From Neophaeotheca triangularis (lineage: Eukaryota): DNA of 64,000 nt. The notes beneath the pieces were generated by a model. The model ran no database searches, was not told the DNA's origin, and worked only from the letters and a program-made list of their open reading frames with translations. The translations under genes and the position numbers were made by a program. Each line of letters begins with the position of its first letter. Position 1 is the first letter of the stretch. Shown piece after piece: positions 23,427 through 34,803 of this stretch. Location: positions 1 through 64,000 of the forward strand of contig BAAIJX010000036.1 in NCBI GenBank assembly GCA_054600435.1, written 5' to 3'.

Positions 23427-24791
23427 TCACGCAGTCGCTAGCCTCTGACCCCCTCCTCCACCGCCTCCTTTTCGAACAAACTGCACAGCTCGGTGGCCCC
23501 TCTCTTGCCCCGGACCCGTGCCATGCCCCTCCTGCCAACATTCGTTACAATAGATATCCCCATCACATCCTAGACACCTTACCTCGCCATCTTCATTGCA
23601 GATACAGCACCAAGAGTCAACGTCCTCGTCCGTGTACTTGGGGGAATTGGAAGGAGGTTTCGCTTTGGGGATAGTTTTACTTGTCTTCTTAGAAGACGTT
23701 GGAGCTGATGTTGGTGTCGAGGGCAAATCGAGACCGAGTTTGGAAAAGCGCGCCTCGAGCTCCGAGTCTTCGTATGTTGGTGGCTCGCTCTCTGCGTTCC
23801 TTTTGGCCGAGGTCGATGTGGTCGGCGGCAGTTCTGGAAGTTTTGAAGGCGTCGCTGGCAGATCTAGAGCATTGTTTTGGGATGATTTGTCATTAGCATC
23901 GCGATCACCATCGTTGTCGTCTTGCGTGCCACCCTCATCGTCAGCCCCATACTTCCTCTCAACCTCCAGCTCCGCAAGCACCCGCGCGACATAGTCATCC
24001 GCTTCCTCTTCATCGCGCCAATCTTCGCCCTTACCCTCCTTCTCACCCTCATCATCACCATCCTTCGACTCGCGAATCTCCGCGAAATTCGGCTTCAACT
24101 CGCCACCCACGCCACCAGCCCCTTCACCACCAGCTCCCTCCTTCCCCTCCCTCCCAACCCCACATTCTCCGCCCTTACCGGCCACCTCCTCCCCCTCTCG
24201 AGGCAAAACACCCCTAGCCTCCCTCAACAACCTCCCGACCTCATCCTCCCCATCCCCACCCCCATCCTCGGCAGCCCGCCTCTCACTCTCCCCAAGCTCC
24301 GCCAACAAAGCCTCTAGACTCTGCTCCCCCACCTCCCCACCCGCTTCAAAACCCGCTTGCCAATCAGCCACGGCATCCCCGTCCCCAGCTCCGACTCCGG
24401 CGCGCGAGACCCCCTCAGTGGCGACTCCGTCCCGCACTCTAGCCGTCAGAGCAGCAGCCGGATCGTCGTCACGTGGGAACCGTACATGTTGCGCGGACCT
24501 TGGCGCCGAGCCGACGAAGGCGCTTTCCCGCTCCGATGAGGTCTTGGGAAAGGAAGGACAAGGAGAAGAGGATGCCGCAGTGGCGGAGCGGAGGCTCTTG
24601 AGGCGAGCGGCGAGTTTGTCGTCGATGCTTTCTTGGCCACCAGGGGGGAGTGAGGAAGGGGTTTGATGCGCGGGAGCTGCTGGTGGGTTCTGGGCGGTTT
24701 TGGGAGGGTGGGCGTTGGGGTCGAGGGTCGTGATTGAGCTGGGTTTGAGCGCGTGGAGGCGGGCGAGGAGGTCGTTGTCTTGGTTGGGCAT
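23427..24791 (-). CDS. Low-complexity protein with C-terminal B-box-type Zn finger, resembling the ZFYVE19/ANCHR C-terminus; ~454 aa (ORF open to 24896)
   Basis: WCCICNEDGEVRCLGCDGDIYCNECWQEGH...H; three MIM1-like helices; no FYVE motif seen. Confidence 0.8.
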   Translation of the reverse strand: MPNQDNDLLARLHALKPSSITTLDPNAHPPKTAQNPPAAPAHQTPSSLPPGGQESIDDKLAARLKSLRSATAASSSPCPSFPKTSSERESAFVGSAPRSAQHVRFPRDDDPAAALTARVRDGVATEGVSRAGVGAGDGDAVADWQAGFEAGGEVGEQSLEALLAELGESERRAAEDGGGDGEDEVGRLLREARGVLPREGEEVAGKGGECGVGREGKEGAGGEGAGGVGGELKPNFAEIRESKDGDDEGEKEGKGEDWRDEEEADDYVARVLAELEVERKYGADDEGGTQDDNDGDRDANDKSSQNNALDLPATPSKLPELPPTTSTSAKRNAESEPPTYEDSELEARFSKLGLDLPSTPTSAPTSSKKTSKTIPKAKPPSNSPKYTDEDVDSWCCICNEDGEVRCLGCDGDIYCNECWQEGHGTGPGQERGHRAVQFVRKGGGGGGGQRLATA

Positions 24792-25390
24792 GGCTTTTTT
24801 TTCTTTTCTGTCTTGGGTTTCTTGGGGTTCAATGGTTTGAGGAACTTTTGGAGGATGGTTCCGAATGTGGGTTCTGTTCTTGGTTGAACTGGTCATCTAT
24901 TAGATAGTTCAGTAGTTCATTTCCGGAGGAGAGTTGCTTGAGCTGGATGAATCCCTTTGGTGCAGGTCGTGGAGCTTTGGTGCCCAGGTGGAGATTGTTG
25001 GCTGCTTAGTCATTGGTCTTGCTCTACTTGCGTTTTCGTGGACGTCTTGTTAGAAGGGGATGCGGCAGTTGTCATCAGAAATGCATTGGTGTGTAACACT
25101 ATTGGTACAGCCGCAGATGTGAGTGCCTCAAAGCAGGGTTGGAAAGCCGGCTGATACAGGCGTGGACGGGGTGGATGGGCAAGCGTTGATCCTCAACTAC
25201 CACTGTATATATATATCTCGCCGTCGAGCACTTCGGCAACAAGCATTCTAGCAACGGCATTCACTTCCCCATCTCCCATCTTCGTCTATGAAAACTTCTA
25301 GCATACGCCACCCGCTATGCAACCAAGGCAAGCACGCTCAAACCCCCCAAACCCATTGACGCCATAGTAACCCCTTCCCCGCCTTTCAGT

Positions 25391-26785
25391 TCAAACAAAA
25401 TGCACTCTAAACCTCAAATTGACATTGACCAGCGCCGAATCACTAACCCCTATCTCCTCGCCTTCGCTCACGAAATCGGAGACCTTTTTGTCCAGATTAG
25501 GCCTCGTGGCTTCTTCCAGTCCCGGCGGGCCGCTGGCGTAAAGCGTCTTCGCCTCGGTCCTGAGACTGGGTTTCTTGAGCTGAGCTTCCGGTCTCTCGGC
25601 GAGAGAAGCGACCAGTTCTTGCAGAGTGGTGGAGGGGGAGAGTTGGAGATCTTTTGGCAAGTTGCCGCAGACGGGGCAGTCGGGTTTGCGTTCGTGCGCG
25701 AAGGTGTAGGTGTAGATGCCGCTGTCGCCCGTGTAGAGCATATAGTTGTTGTTCGCTTGGGGGGCTGGGAAGGCATCGGTTTCCCCAGAAGACTCTTCGA
25801 GATCTTCCGGGGGCGTTGGGTCACCGAGGAAGGTGGCGCTGGTGGTGACGATTTTGAAGGCTTCGTTACAGCAGCTCGCGGCTATGATGGCGTTGGTGGA
25901 GGCGATGGCTGGAATGATGTTTTTGACTACGCCTTGGGTCATACTGTAGGTGACTCCGGGGATGTTGAATTCTTGGGCGCGCTTGAGGGCGGTTTGGTAG
26001 AGCCAGGTAATGTGCTCCGGGTCGTCGGTGTCGAGCTGGACGTCTTTGCGCTCCTCGCTCCACTTGATGATGTGGGCCCATTCGATGCAGTGTTGTGGCT
26101 GTCGAGGGATGGTGGCGAGGGTACAGAGCGGGACGGCGGCGCGAGGAGCGTGCATGTCAAGCTGACATTCGATACACGAGGTCATGGTGGGCATGATGAC
26201 TCGGGACTGGCCTTTGAAGCCCTCCGTGCCACCATCTATGAGCGGCTTGAGGCTGTCCGGGTTGTCCATATCTACCATATCGACGAGTGTTGCGTTGATC
26301 CAGCGTCGAGCCTCAATGCTGTCGAGCCCGCAGATAATCACGTTGAATTGCATGTAGTAGTCCTCATCCTTATCCTGAATAGCTCCGACATACGGCTGGA
26401 TCCTGACACCAGGCACCCTCTTCATAACAAATTCGGCCGCCACACTAGCCTTTGATTTACCCACATCCTTCTCGCGGAACAAGAACTGCCGGTTCAGATT
26501 GCTCACATCGATAGTGTCCATATCGATTACATCGATGTTCTTGAAACCGCTCAGGGCCAGGTTCTTCAAGATCTCACAACCCAGCCCTCCAGCGCCGATG
26601 ACCAGAACGCGGACATTGTCGATCATGGCCGATGCAGCGTCTGGATCGTAGTCGTCGGCGGTAAAACCTCCCGGGCGGGAGAGCAGAGTGTCCATGTGCT
26701 GCCATTTAGCTCTGCTCGCTGTCGTGTCGACGTCGCCGTTGGTGGTCTGGCCCATGACGCCTTCTGGTTGCATGGTAGCAGCCAT
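25391..26785 (-). CDS. UBA3: NEDD8-activating enzyme E1 catalytic subunit, intronless
   Basis: VIGAGGLGCEILK, DMDTIDVSNLNRQFLF, GLDSIEARRWIN, DGGTEGFKG, catalytic PLCT, NIIPAIASTNA, CPVC. Confidence 0.96.
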   Translation of the reverse strand: MAATMQPEGVMGQTTNGDVDTTASRAKWQHMDTLLSRPGGFTADDYDPDAASAMIDNVRVLVIGAGGLGCEILKNLALSGFKNIDVIDMDTIDVSNLNRQFLFREKDVGKSKASVAAEFVMKRVPGVRIQPYVGAIQDKDEDYYMQFNVIICGLDSIEARRWINATLVDMVDMDNPDSLKPLIDGGTEGFKGQSRVIMPTMTSCIECQLDMHAPRAAVPLCTLATIPRQPQHCIEWAHIIKWSEERKDVQLDTDDPEHITWLYQTALKRAQEFNIPGVTYSMTQGVVKNIIPAIASTNAIIAASCCNEAFKIVTTSATFLGDPTPPEDLEESSGETDAFPAPQANNNYMLYTGDSGIYTYTFAHERKPDCPVCGNLPKDLQLSPSTTLQELVASLAERPEAQLKKPSLRTEAKTLYASGPPGLEEATRPNLDKKVSDFVSEGEEIGVSDSALVNVNLRFRVHFV

Positions 26786-27332
26786 ATTCACGATAGCTGG
26801 CGTGATCCGGACTATGTTCTATCGACGAGCTCTCGTAGAAAGGATCTGGCATGTATGTGAATCGTTTGAGCTGAAGCAGACTGACCTCAGAGCTGTGGTG
26901 CCTGACGTAGTGAAGCTCTTATCGTAGCTCCAACGCGATAACACGTGCTGATAAGCCGAGATGAGTTCGCTCCTTGCCCCTGTTCTCTCACATCGAATAC
27001 AATTCAGCCAAACACAAGAACATTCCCAACGCATTAAATCGATCGACCGCATGCTTTAATATAGTTATGGACTGACAGAAAGTCTGTATAGAATCACGGT
27101 ACAGCATGCACGCTTTTTCTACAGCAGGATATACCGAAACTCAATCAAGGCCGCAAACACCGCATCAGAATAACGCAATGCCTACTACCTACGACGCGTA
27201 AAAGCTGCGTCGAGTTCAGATGACAATCGTGCACTCGTCAACATCCGCCACCAAACCAATCACTATCTATACTCCTCATCCTGCACTAAAATCCTCTCTT
27301 CCTCTCCTTCGTCCCCACTGCAGCCATTCCAT

Positions 27333-29227
27333 CTACTGCCCCGAGCTCCTCGTAGTTCTCTTGTTCACCTCATCCTTCGCCTGTTGCGACCCGCTCGCAA
27401 CAGCCTCGGCGACCTGATCCTTGGTCTCCTTGGCCTTCTGGTTGGCCTCGCGGCTCTTCTTTTGAAGCTCCTCCTTGCTAGGGGCAGCCTGGGCGCCGCC
27501 ACCGATCAAGCCACCGAGCACGATCAGAATCGAGAGAGCACCGACAGCAAGACCGCCAGCGACCTCAGGAACAAAACGGACGGCCTCCATGGGGTCACGC
27601 TTGGCGATGGTCACGAAGAGCTCAAACTTCTCGCGGATGTAGAGGACGGGGTCATCCATGAAAACGAGGTCCGAGGGCGACTTGATGGGCTTGTCCTCCT
27701 TCTTAGGCTTGTCCTGCTCTTCTGTCTGCTTCTCAACCGCCTTCTTGATGTCGAACTGCTCCTTCTGCAGCTTCTCGGCATCGGCAACGGAGTGGCCAAT
27801 GTAGACGTTGTCGAAGAGAATGTCGTTCTGCATGGTCCAGAGCTCGAATCCAATCTAGTAAGAAAACATTAGTACAGTGTTCATAGTCATCGTCTCTTGT
27901 GAAGGAAGTCTCACAGCTCCCATGGGCTCAAGGTTGGCCGGGGTCAGGTCCTCGTAATAATCGGGGTTGGCAATATTGGCAGGCTTCCACACACCCTTGT
28001 AGGCGGGGTTTTCAATCAGGGGCGCGGTCCACTTGCCCTTGTAGTTGGGGTTGCGGATGGTGGGCTGCTCCCATGGACCACAGCCGGAAGCTTCGATACA
28101 CTTGGGGTTGGGCACCATGGGAGGGATCCAGTCACCGTCCTCTTCATCATCCCAGTCCTCAGGTTTCTCGGCCTCGGGGTCAGGGATCATCTGAGGCTCA
28201 TCGTCGAGCCAGTCGGCGGGCTTCTCAGCGGTCTCGTCGACAATCTCCATGGGCGCATCCTCGTCCCAGTCCTCGGGCTTGGTAGCCTCAGGGTCAGGGA
28301 TCTTGGCCTCCTCAACCCAGTCTTCGGGCTTGGTGTCGTTGGGGTCCTCAATCTCCTTTGGAGGGTTGACGGAGGGGGTAAAGTCCTCGAGGAGGGAGCC
28401 GTTGCGGAGAGACTCGCCGTCAATCTTGATCTGGTAGGTCTGGTCTGGGTTGACAATGAGAGTGTACAGCGAGGACTGTTTGGTGATGCGGGCCATGGGC
28501 GGGTTCTTAAGGTGCTTCTCCTCATACTCGCCAGTCTTGGGGTTTTTGTGCTTGAAGATGAAGTGGACCTTATTGGTGGAGCCGCACTTGTCGGGACCAA
28601 ACATGATAACGTAGGGGGAGGCGTTGGAGAATTCCTCCTGGTGGAGGTCGGCGTTCTCCCGGAGGAGCTTCATGTACGCGCCGCCGCATTCGAGGCCGGC
28701 CTGGAGCTTGACTTCGTACTGAACGACGAGAGTGTCGTCCTTGTTGTCAATGGGCTGGTCGAACTTGGCCGAGATTGCGTGGTGAGCAGCCTTGTCCTTG
28801 AGTACGAGACCCTTGTCACCCTCAATGCCCTTGAGGGCTGTGGGCTCCTCGACGTTCCATGTGCCAACGAATGCCCACTCCTCGTCGTCTTCCTTGGTGT
28901 TCTCCTTCTTTGCGTGAGAAGCCTTCCACCTCGAGTCCCAGCCGTCGGTAAATTGCTCGAGGAATCCGCCCTTGATATTGGTGGTGGGCTGTTGGGAGTA
29001 AGCGGGGTTAGTGTTTGCAAGTGTGGGATAGAAGATGGCGATCAATCGGAGCCATTGGAACTACTCACAGTGAAGGTAGGCTTCGCAACCGCAGAAGAAG
29101 TCACTGACTCGGCGGCGGACGCGACAGAGGAGCTGGCCTCGTTGGCAGCGTCCTCGACATCATCGAGCACATCAGCCCGCGATATGGCGGCGTAGCAGCC
29201 GAGGGCCAAGAGAGAGGTGACACGCAT
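27333..29227 (-). CDS. CNX1: Calnexin; exons 29227-29069, 28988-27915, 27854-27333; ~584 aa
   Basis: Signal peptide [32 protein letters not shown]-domain repeats (KPEDWD, GxW..P.I.NP.Y), [11 protein letters not shown]-terminal TM helix. Confidence 0.97.
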
Positions 29228-29896
29228 GGTGTAGGCGTGGAAGAAGGAGGATGGAGATTACTGGAGCAATTGGGAGGGAGGAGTCGAGATGGTGAAGATG
29301 AGGGCGGGGAGGATTGTTCATATATCTCGGCACGGCAGCTAGTTTTAGGAGGTAGAGGAAGTGGACAGCTTGTCGTTTGTCGTTAGCTACAAGCGCTCGG
29401 ACCGCCAGGCAGGCACCAGGGTCTCATCAATCTTCTCCGCCTTTCTACACAGCTCGGGGTTGTAGGAGCGCGCGTAGGAGGTACTGTATTGTATTATTAT
29501 TGGCCCGCTTGTCGCTTTAAGTAGTATTAGTCTAGCGGTAGCCCTTCACCTACATACTACTGCACGTTTGTGAAGAAACACGTGAAACGCCTACTATACC
29601 ATTACGCACCAGCTGGCGATTGAAACACCAGTAAGTACTCCTTTCTCGCTGGAGCCGTTATCCCGATCCTCATACACCCGACAGCCTTAGACTTCGCAAA
29701 TAGCCCCCCGTTCAGCAGTACGCTAAAAGCCTAGAAACCATCCATGGCACTTTGTGTCCTCGGCAGCACCAAAGAAGACTTGGGTAGTATTGCAACACTA
29801 TGCTACAGCTCGACGATGACGGTAGTTATATCATGGTAAACATCGTCGACACCATCCTCATCCATCCCTGTCCAGCCAGAGATGCAAACAGCCCCC

Positions 29897-32800
29897 TCAC
29901 TCCACCTTCAGCCCAGCACCCTCCAAGCCCTTCCGAAATTCATCCTTCAAATCTCCTTTGACCTCCTCTTTCTTGACCCCCTCTTCCTCCTTCTTGACCC
30001 CAAGCGTCTGCTTCATCATCATCTCCTCAACCAACTCCTGGCCCTTAGCCTCCACCCTCTTGTCATCCCCCGACACCTCCACCGCCCCAGCCTCGCCAGA
30101 AACACGCTCATCCAACGCCAGCTTGCTCTCACCGAGAGCATAAATCTGCTCCTCAATCGTGCTCTTGCTGATAAGCCTGACAACCTCCACGTCCCTGGTC
30201 TGACCCACGCGATGCGCACGGTTCTCAGCTTGCACGTCATCTTGCGGGTTAAAACCGCTGTCGAAGATAACGACCTTGTTAGCGGCCGCGAGGTTGATGC
30301 CCGCGCCGCCGGCTTTGGTCGAGAGCATGAAAACCGTAATGGTTTCGTCGGAGCTGAACTTGTCGATCATGTCCTGGCGCTCGTTGATGGCCGTCGAGCC
30401 GTCCAGGCGCATGAACTTGATGCCCAGGGTTTCCATGACGGCTTCGAGAGCGTCTAGGACCATGGTGAATTGACTGAAGAGGAGTAATTTGTCGCCGTTG
30501 GTTGCGTAGTCGGCTATGAGCTCTTTGAGCTTCTGCACTTTGCCGCTGTCCATCCATTCCTCGTTCTTGAGCATGTACTTGCCCAAGTACTCGGAACGCT
30601 CGGCGCAGAAGCGATGGATGCCGTAGTCGCCGCCGGATAGGGATACGGCGGCTTCGCCCGTCAGGTAGGCCCATACCTTGTCCGGTGGGTTCTCGCAGAA
30701 CTCGTCATGCTTGAGCAACGCAGACTGGATCTTGCGGAGCTTGGCGTCGGTATACAAGCGCCGAGAGATCAAGGGGTGGATGGCGGCCTTGCGTAGCTCC
30801 ATCAGGACGTTGGAGGATTCGTTGGCTTTGCTCTTCTTCAACTTGCCAGCCGCTTTGTCCGCGAAGATTTTTTGAGCACCATCGAGGATGTCTGCGTAGT
30901 AATTTGCCTGGCTGTCGGTCATGTCACAGTACTCGACACGGCTGTGCTTTGCAGGGAGATTGGACAACACTTGCGCTTTTTTGCGCCGGAGGATGAATGG
31001 TGTCATCATACTTCGAGCTCTTGCCACACGTTCGGCAGATAGAAGTGCGGCGTGGTCAGTGTCCTTGGTCGTAGCTTTGTGCTTGAAAATGAACTCGAGA
31101 TCCTCAGTCTTGTTGGAGAACAGCTTCGGCATGATGAAGGCCAGAATCGCGACCAGCTCCTGTAGGTTGTTCTGCAATGGCGTGCCTGTCAGGAGGATCT
31201 TGAAGTCGGCCGGGATGCGGGTGAGTTGGGAATAGCGGTTGCTCTTGGGGTTGCGCAAAGCGTGAGCCTCATCGTACACACAGACAGCAGGCTCGAGACG
31301 CCGCAAGAATTTGTTGTCGTCTGGCTTGACAGCCATGTCATACGTAGTGACGATAACATCGAGCTCGCTGAACCTCTCCTCGATGTCGTCTTGTATCCCC
31401 ACTCTCTCTTTCTGGCTACCATAGTATGGGGTGACATTCAATGATGGCGCGAACCGAGCAAACTCCCTCAGCCAGTTCTCGAGTGTCACGCCTGGGACGA
31501 TGATAAGATGGACACCATCAACCTTCTGCTGTTGAAGGTGGGCTAGGAATGCGATGACCTGGCAAGTCTTGCCCAGACCCATGTCGTCGGCAAGAATGCA
31601 CGCAAGCTTCTTCGACCAGAGCAGGTCGAGCCAATTGAGACCGACCAGCTGGTAGTCTTTGAGTTGCAGATCCTGAGCCATGTTGGCAGGCTGGCGCAGA
31701 TATTTCCCCTTGCCCTTCGCTGGTGCGTCACAGCTGCTTGCCGGCGTTCCTACACCCGAATCATGGGCTTCCTCCAGATTGGTGAGTGAGAGCTCGCCTT
31801 CGTTGCCAGCTACACCCCATTCCTTGAGCGTGTCCTTGATGGGTTGGCCAATCACCTTGCATTGCTCGACTAGATCGTCTACAGCGTCGTAGCCGGTCAT
31901 CATGCTTTCGGCAATGTCAACAATCTTGTCGCCAATAGGTCGGCTCTTCGACTTCTTGCCCGATTTAGTCTCTGTGCTTTTGGAAACTTCACGCACAGCA
32001 TCGAGGCTAGCAAACGGCCTCTGGTCAAGCAGGAATTGTGCGGTTTCTTCGGTCTGCGTCGAAAGATCCGCCAGGTCCTGGACACTGCACTCATTGAAGA
32101 ATTTCAAAAGCTTCTCTTCGAACGTGCTCGGAGCAACGTTGTCTTCCACTTCGGAATCATCCGCTCCAGATTCCTCGGCTTCCGCCTCCTCGTCGGTATC
32201 CTCTGAAAGATCCACCACTTCCGGCTTCTTCTTTGGCTGCTCCACTGCTTTCGTCTTGTGCTCTCCTACTTTTGTCTTAGGAGCAGGTGATAAAGGTGGC
32301 GTGGGGGAGCGGCCAGGTTTTCGGCCCTTCAAGAGCCGTCGTTTGGGCTGCACCGCGACCTCTTCGTCATCATCCGGGATCTCAATGGACTCTTCCTTCT
32401 GCGGTGCGACGGGCTGTTCCCTCTCCGGCTTGCGAGCAGCTTGAGCAGCGGCATACTTCTCTGCGATGGACTGCTTCGGCGCGTTGACTGACTGTTTAGC
32501 AAGTAGGCGAGGAGGTGCTTGTGGCTGTGAGGATCGTTGCTGGGATGACGTGGACTGCGCGACACCTTTGGCGACACCCTTGGCAACGCCCTTGGGACCC
32601 GTGGAGGGAGGTGGCGGCTTGTATTCAGGTAGCTCGTCCTCCTTTTCTTGTTGATCGACTAGGTACTCCATTGCATCACCTTCATTCCCGTGCTTCCGCT
32701 TGAGCGCATCCATGCACTTGGCGACGGTCGTAGTCTCTCCCAGAGTCGTCATCACTCTCTGAACCTTTTCCCTCAAGTTGTAGTCCTCGATGTCCTCGAG

Positions 32801-33658
32801 CCTCATGTACCGCGTGGAGGAAACGGCAGTGGAGGCTTTAGGTCCTTGGGCTTGAGCTGGCCTCGGCTTCCGCGACACTCCTCCATATGCGCTCGCCATG
32901 TCGTTGCTGGGCTTGGACGAAGGCCGGGACTCGGCAGGCTTGTGCTCGAACTGGGAAACAAGGCTACTGAAGATGCCCATTGGAGCGCCGCCTCCGTTGC
33001 CAGAGCTGTTGGAAGGGCCTCTAGGCGATTCCTTGATCCGGTTAGGAGAGGAATCCAGACCTCTTCCGTTCTTGACAAAGTTGGTGGGCTTGATGTTTGA
33101 CTTCAATCCTTGCGTCTCTTCGTCCGAGCTATGATGAACAGGCGGATCGTCGTCATCATCGTCACTACTGAGGTCGATTGTCCCGGAGTTCTTGGACTGC
33201 ACGCCAGCCGGTCGACGGAAGGCTGTACCCGGAGGAGCCATTGCGTTTGCCAACAGCGAGGTCCGAGCGGCGGGCGCCTTCTTCGCTGGTTGAGATTGCG
33301 ACTGCTGCGTGTTAGGGGCGGGTGGAGACGAGCGCTGCACCTCTACATCGGACTTGGAGGGAAGAGGCTGAGTGGGCTGGGTAACATGCGCGCCATTGGG
33401 GGAAGACGTCGTCGTGCCGCTGGAAGATGGAAGCATGCTCTGTACTCCGTCGCGGAGCTGCTTGCGGTTGAATTCGAGTTTCCTCTTCTGTCCAGTGGAA
33501 ACTGGAATAGTCGGCTGAGTCTCAAAATCCTCGGGGACAAGGTCGTCATTATCATCGAACCCATCATCATCCCAATTCGTCGTCGCAACACGCCCGCCAT
33601 TATCCAACTTCCTCCTCTTATCGGGCGTGGGTTCAGAGATTGGATCCGAGTCCGCCAT
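29897..33658 (-). CDS. FUN30: SNF2-family chromatin remodeler of the Fun30/SMARCAD1/Fft subfamily, 1253 aa, intronless
   Basis: LKDYQLVGLNWL, ILADDMGLGKT, DEAH, LLTGTPLQNNLQEL, FSQF, LSTKAGGAGINL, QAENRAHRVGQ; CUE-like segment (KCMDALKRKHGNEGDAMEYL). Confidence 0.92.
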   Translation of the reverse strand: MADSDPISEPTPDKRRKLDNGGRVATTNWDDDGFDDNDDLVPEDFETQPTIPVSTGQKRKLEFNRKQLRDGVQSMLPSSSGTTTSSPNGAHVTQPTQPLPSKSDVEVQRSSPPAPNTQQSQSQPAKKAPAARTSLLANAMAPPGTAFRRPAGVQSKNSGTIDLSSDDDDDDPPVHHSSDEETQGLKSNIKPTNFVKNGRGLDSSPNRIKESPRGPSNSSGNGGGAPMGIFSSLVSQFEHKPAESRPSSKPSNDMASAYGGVSRKPRPAQAQGPKASTAVSSTRYMRLEDIEDYNLREKVQRVMTTLGETTTVAKCMDALKRKHGNEGDAMEYLVDQQEKEDELPEYKPPPPSTGPKGVAKGVAKGVAQSTSSQQRSSQPQAPPRLLAKQSVNAPKQSIAEKYAAAQAARKPEREQPVAPQKEESIEIPDDDEEVAVQPKRRLLKGRKPGRSPTPPLSPAPKTKVGEHKTKAVEQPKKKPEVVDLSEDTDEEAEAEESGADDSEVEDNVAPSTFEEKLLKFFNECSVQDLADLSTQTEETAQFLLDQRPFASLDAVREVSKSTETKSGKKSKSRPIGDKIVDIAESMMTGYDAVDDLVEQCKVIGQPIKDTLKEWGVAGNEGELSLTNLEEAHDSGVGTPASSCDAPAKGKGKYLRQPANMAQDLQLKDYQLVGLNWLDLLWSKKLACILADDMGLGKTCQVIAFLAHLQQQKVDGVHLIIVPGVTLENWLREFARFAPSLNVTPYYGSQKERVGIQDDIEERFSELDVIVTTYDMAVKPDDNKFLRRLEPAVCVYDEAHALRNPKSNRYSQLTRIPADFKILLTGTPLQNNLQELVAILAFIMPKLFSNKTEDLEFIFKHKATTKDTDHAALLSAERVARARSMMTPFILRRKKAQVLSNLPAKHSRVEYCDMTDSQANYYADILDGAQKIFADKAAGKLKKSKANESSNVLMELRKAAIHPLISRRLYTDAKLRKIQSALLKHDEFCENPPDKVWAYLTGEAAVSLSGGDYGIHRFCAERSEYLGKYMLKNEEWMDSGKVQKLKELIADYATNGDKLLLFSQFTMVLDALEAVMETLGIKFMRLDGSTAINERQDMIDKFSSDETITVFMLSTKAGGAGINLAAANKVVIFDSGFNPQDDVQAENRAHRVGQTRDVEVVRLISKSTIEEQIYALGESKLALDERVSGEAGAVEVSGDDKRVEAKGQELVEEMMMKQTLGVKKEEEGVKKEEVKGDLKDEFRKGLEGAGLKVE

Positions 33659-34228
33659 GATGGGTCAGCAAGGCGCGAAATGATCGTGACTATCGCGAAA
33701 GCGCGTAATAGCAGTGCGGAATTCCGGTATCTTTTAGCCAATGTGGTATACTGAAGACAATGTGTGGATGATAAGTCGATGCGGCAAAGAGTTGAGGACG
33801 ACAGTGCGGAATGGAATGATTACAAGTCCAGTCACAGAGAGTTTGCTTTGATTATCCAGCTGACAATAGAAAGCCCGGACAATAGAGACCGTGAATGGGT
33901 TCCAGAGTGAACGCAGCCGCACTGTTTAGTAGAAGTATACGACGAGATGTCAGTGAAGAGTGAGCCGCAAACTGAAGGGAAAGTCGCGAATGGCGTCGCC
34001 GCCGGGCGATCCTCAAACATCCGTCCCAGGCCCTATGAGACCCTTGCCGGCTGCCGAAACCTGGGGGAGGTCTGCCGAAGAGACACCTCGTACATACATA
34101 CAGTACAGACATCGTGTGCTTCCTGTTTGGGACATACAGTAAAACATCGACCAGACACCTGCTCTCTGTAACAACCAACTTTGTTCAAGACTCCAAAAAC
34201 TCGAGTCTCAACGCTCTGGCCCATCATC

Positions 34229-34803
34229 ATGGCAACCCAACGCCGCATCAACAACCCGGAGAAAACCCACCTCGACCAGCCAAAGACGACATCAACCCAA
34301 GGCGACTCAGACATCACACCAGCAGTACCCTCGTAAGATGCCTACCCGAAGCCCACATTAAAAAGAGACCGAACCTTCAAAAAATCCTAACCCTACCCCC
34401 CAACAGCAACATCATAGCCAAACTCCTCGCCTTCACCTTCGCAATGATCATCCTGCCCATCGGCAGCTACTTCCTAACCCGCCACAGCATCTTCAACGGT
34501 AAGCCCAACTCAAAACAAGCCCACTCTCGCCAACCGCTCGAAACCTCGCGAATAACACACACTCCCCTGCCCTTCACAAGGGGGGGAGGGGGCTGATCCG
34601 TCCCTCCCTCCCTATTTGGTCTGTCTGGGTACTAAACAACTGCTAACGAAAAAAAATCAACCCGCAAAGGCAACGCCACCTACGCCGGAGCTTTCGCGGC
34701 CTTTGTGGCCAACGTCGTGCTCATCGGCTATGTGATTGTGGCTTTCCAAGACGACAGGAGCGAGCGCGAGGCCGACGAGCGGGAGAGGAAGAAGCAGCGA
34801 TGA
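34229..34803 (+). CDS. VMA21: V-ATPase assembly factor Vma21 (not resolved in the ORF track); exons 34229-34332, 34407-34498, 34670-34803; 109 aa
   Basis: Spliced: MATQRR...DITPAVPSNIIAKLLAFTFAMIILPIGSYF...FNGNATYAGAFAAFVANVVLIGYVIVAF...KKQR*; two TM helices plus KKxx ER-retrieval signal. Confidence 0.92.
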
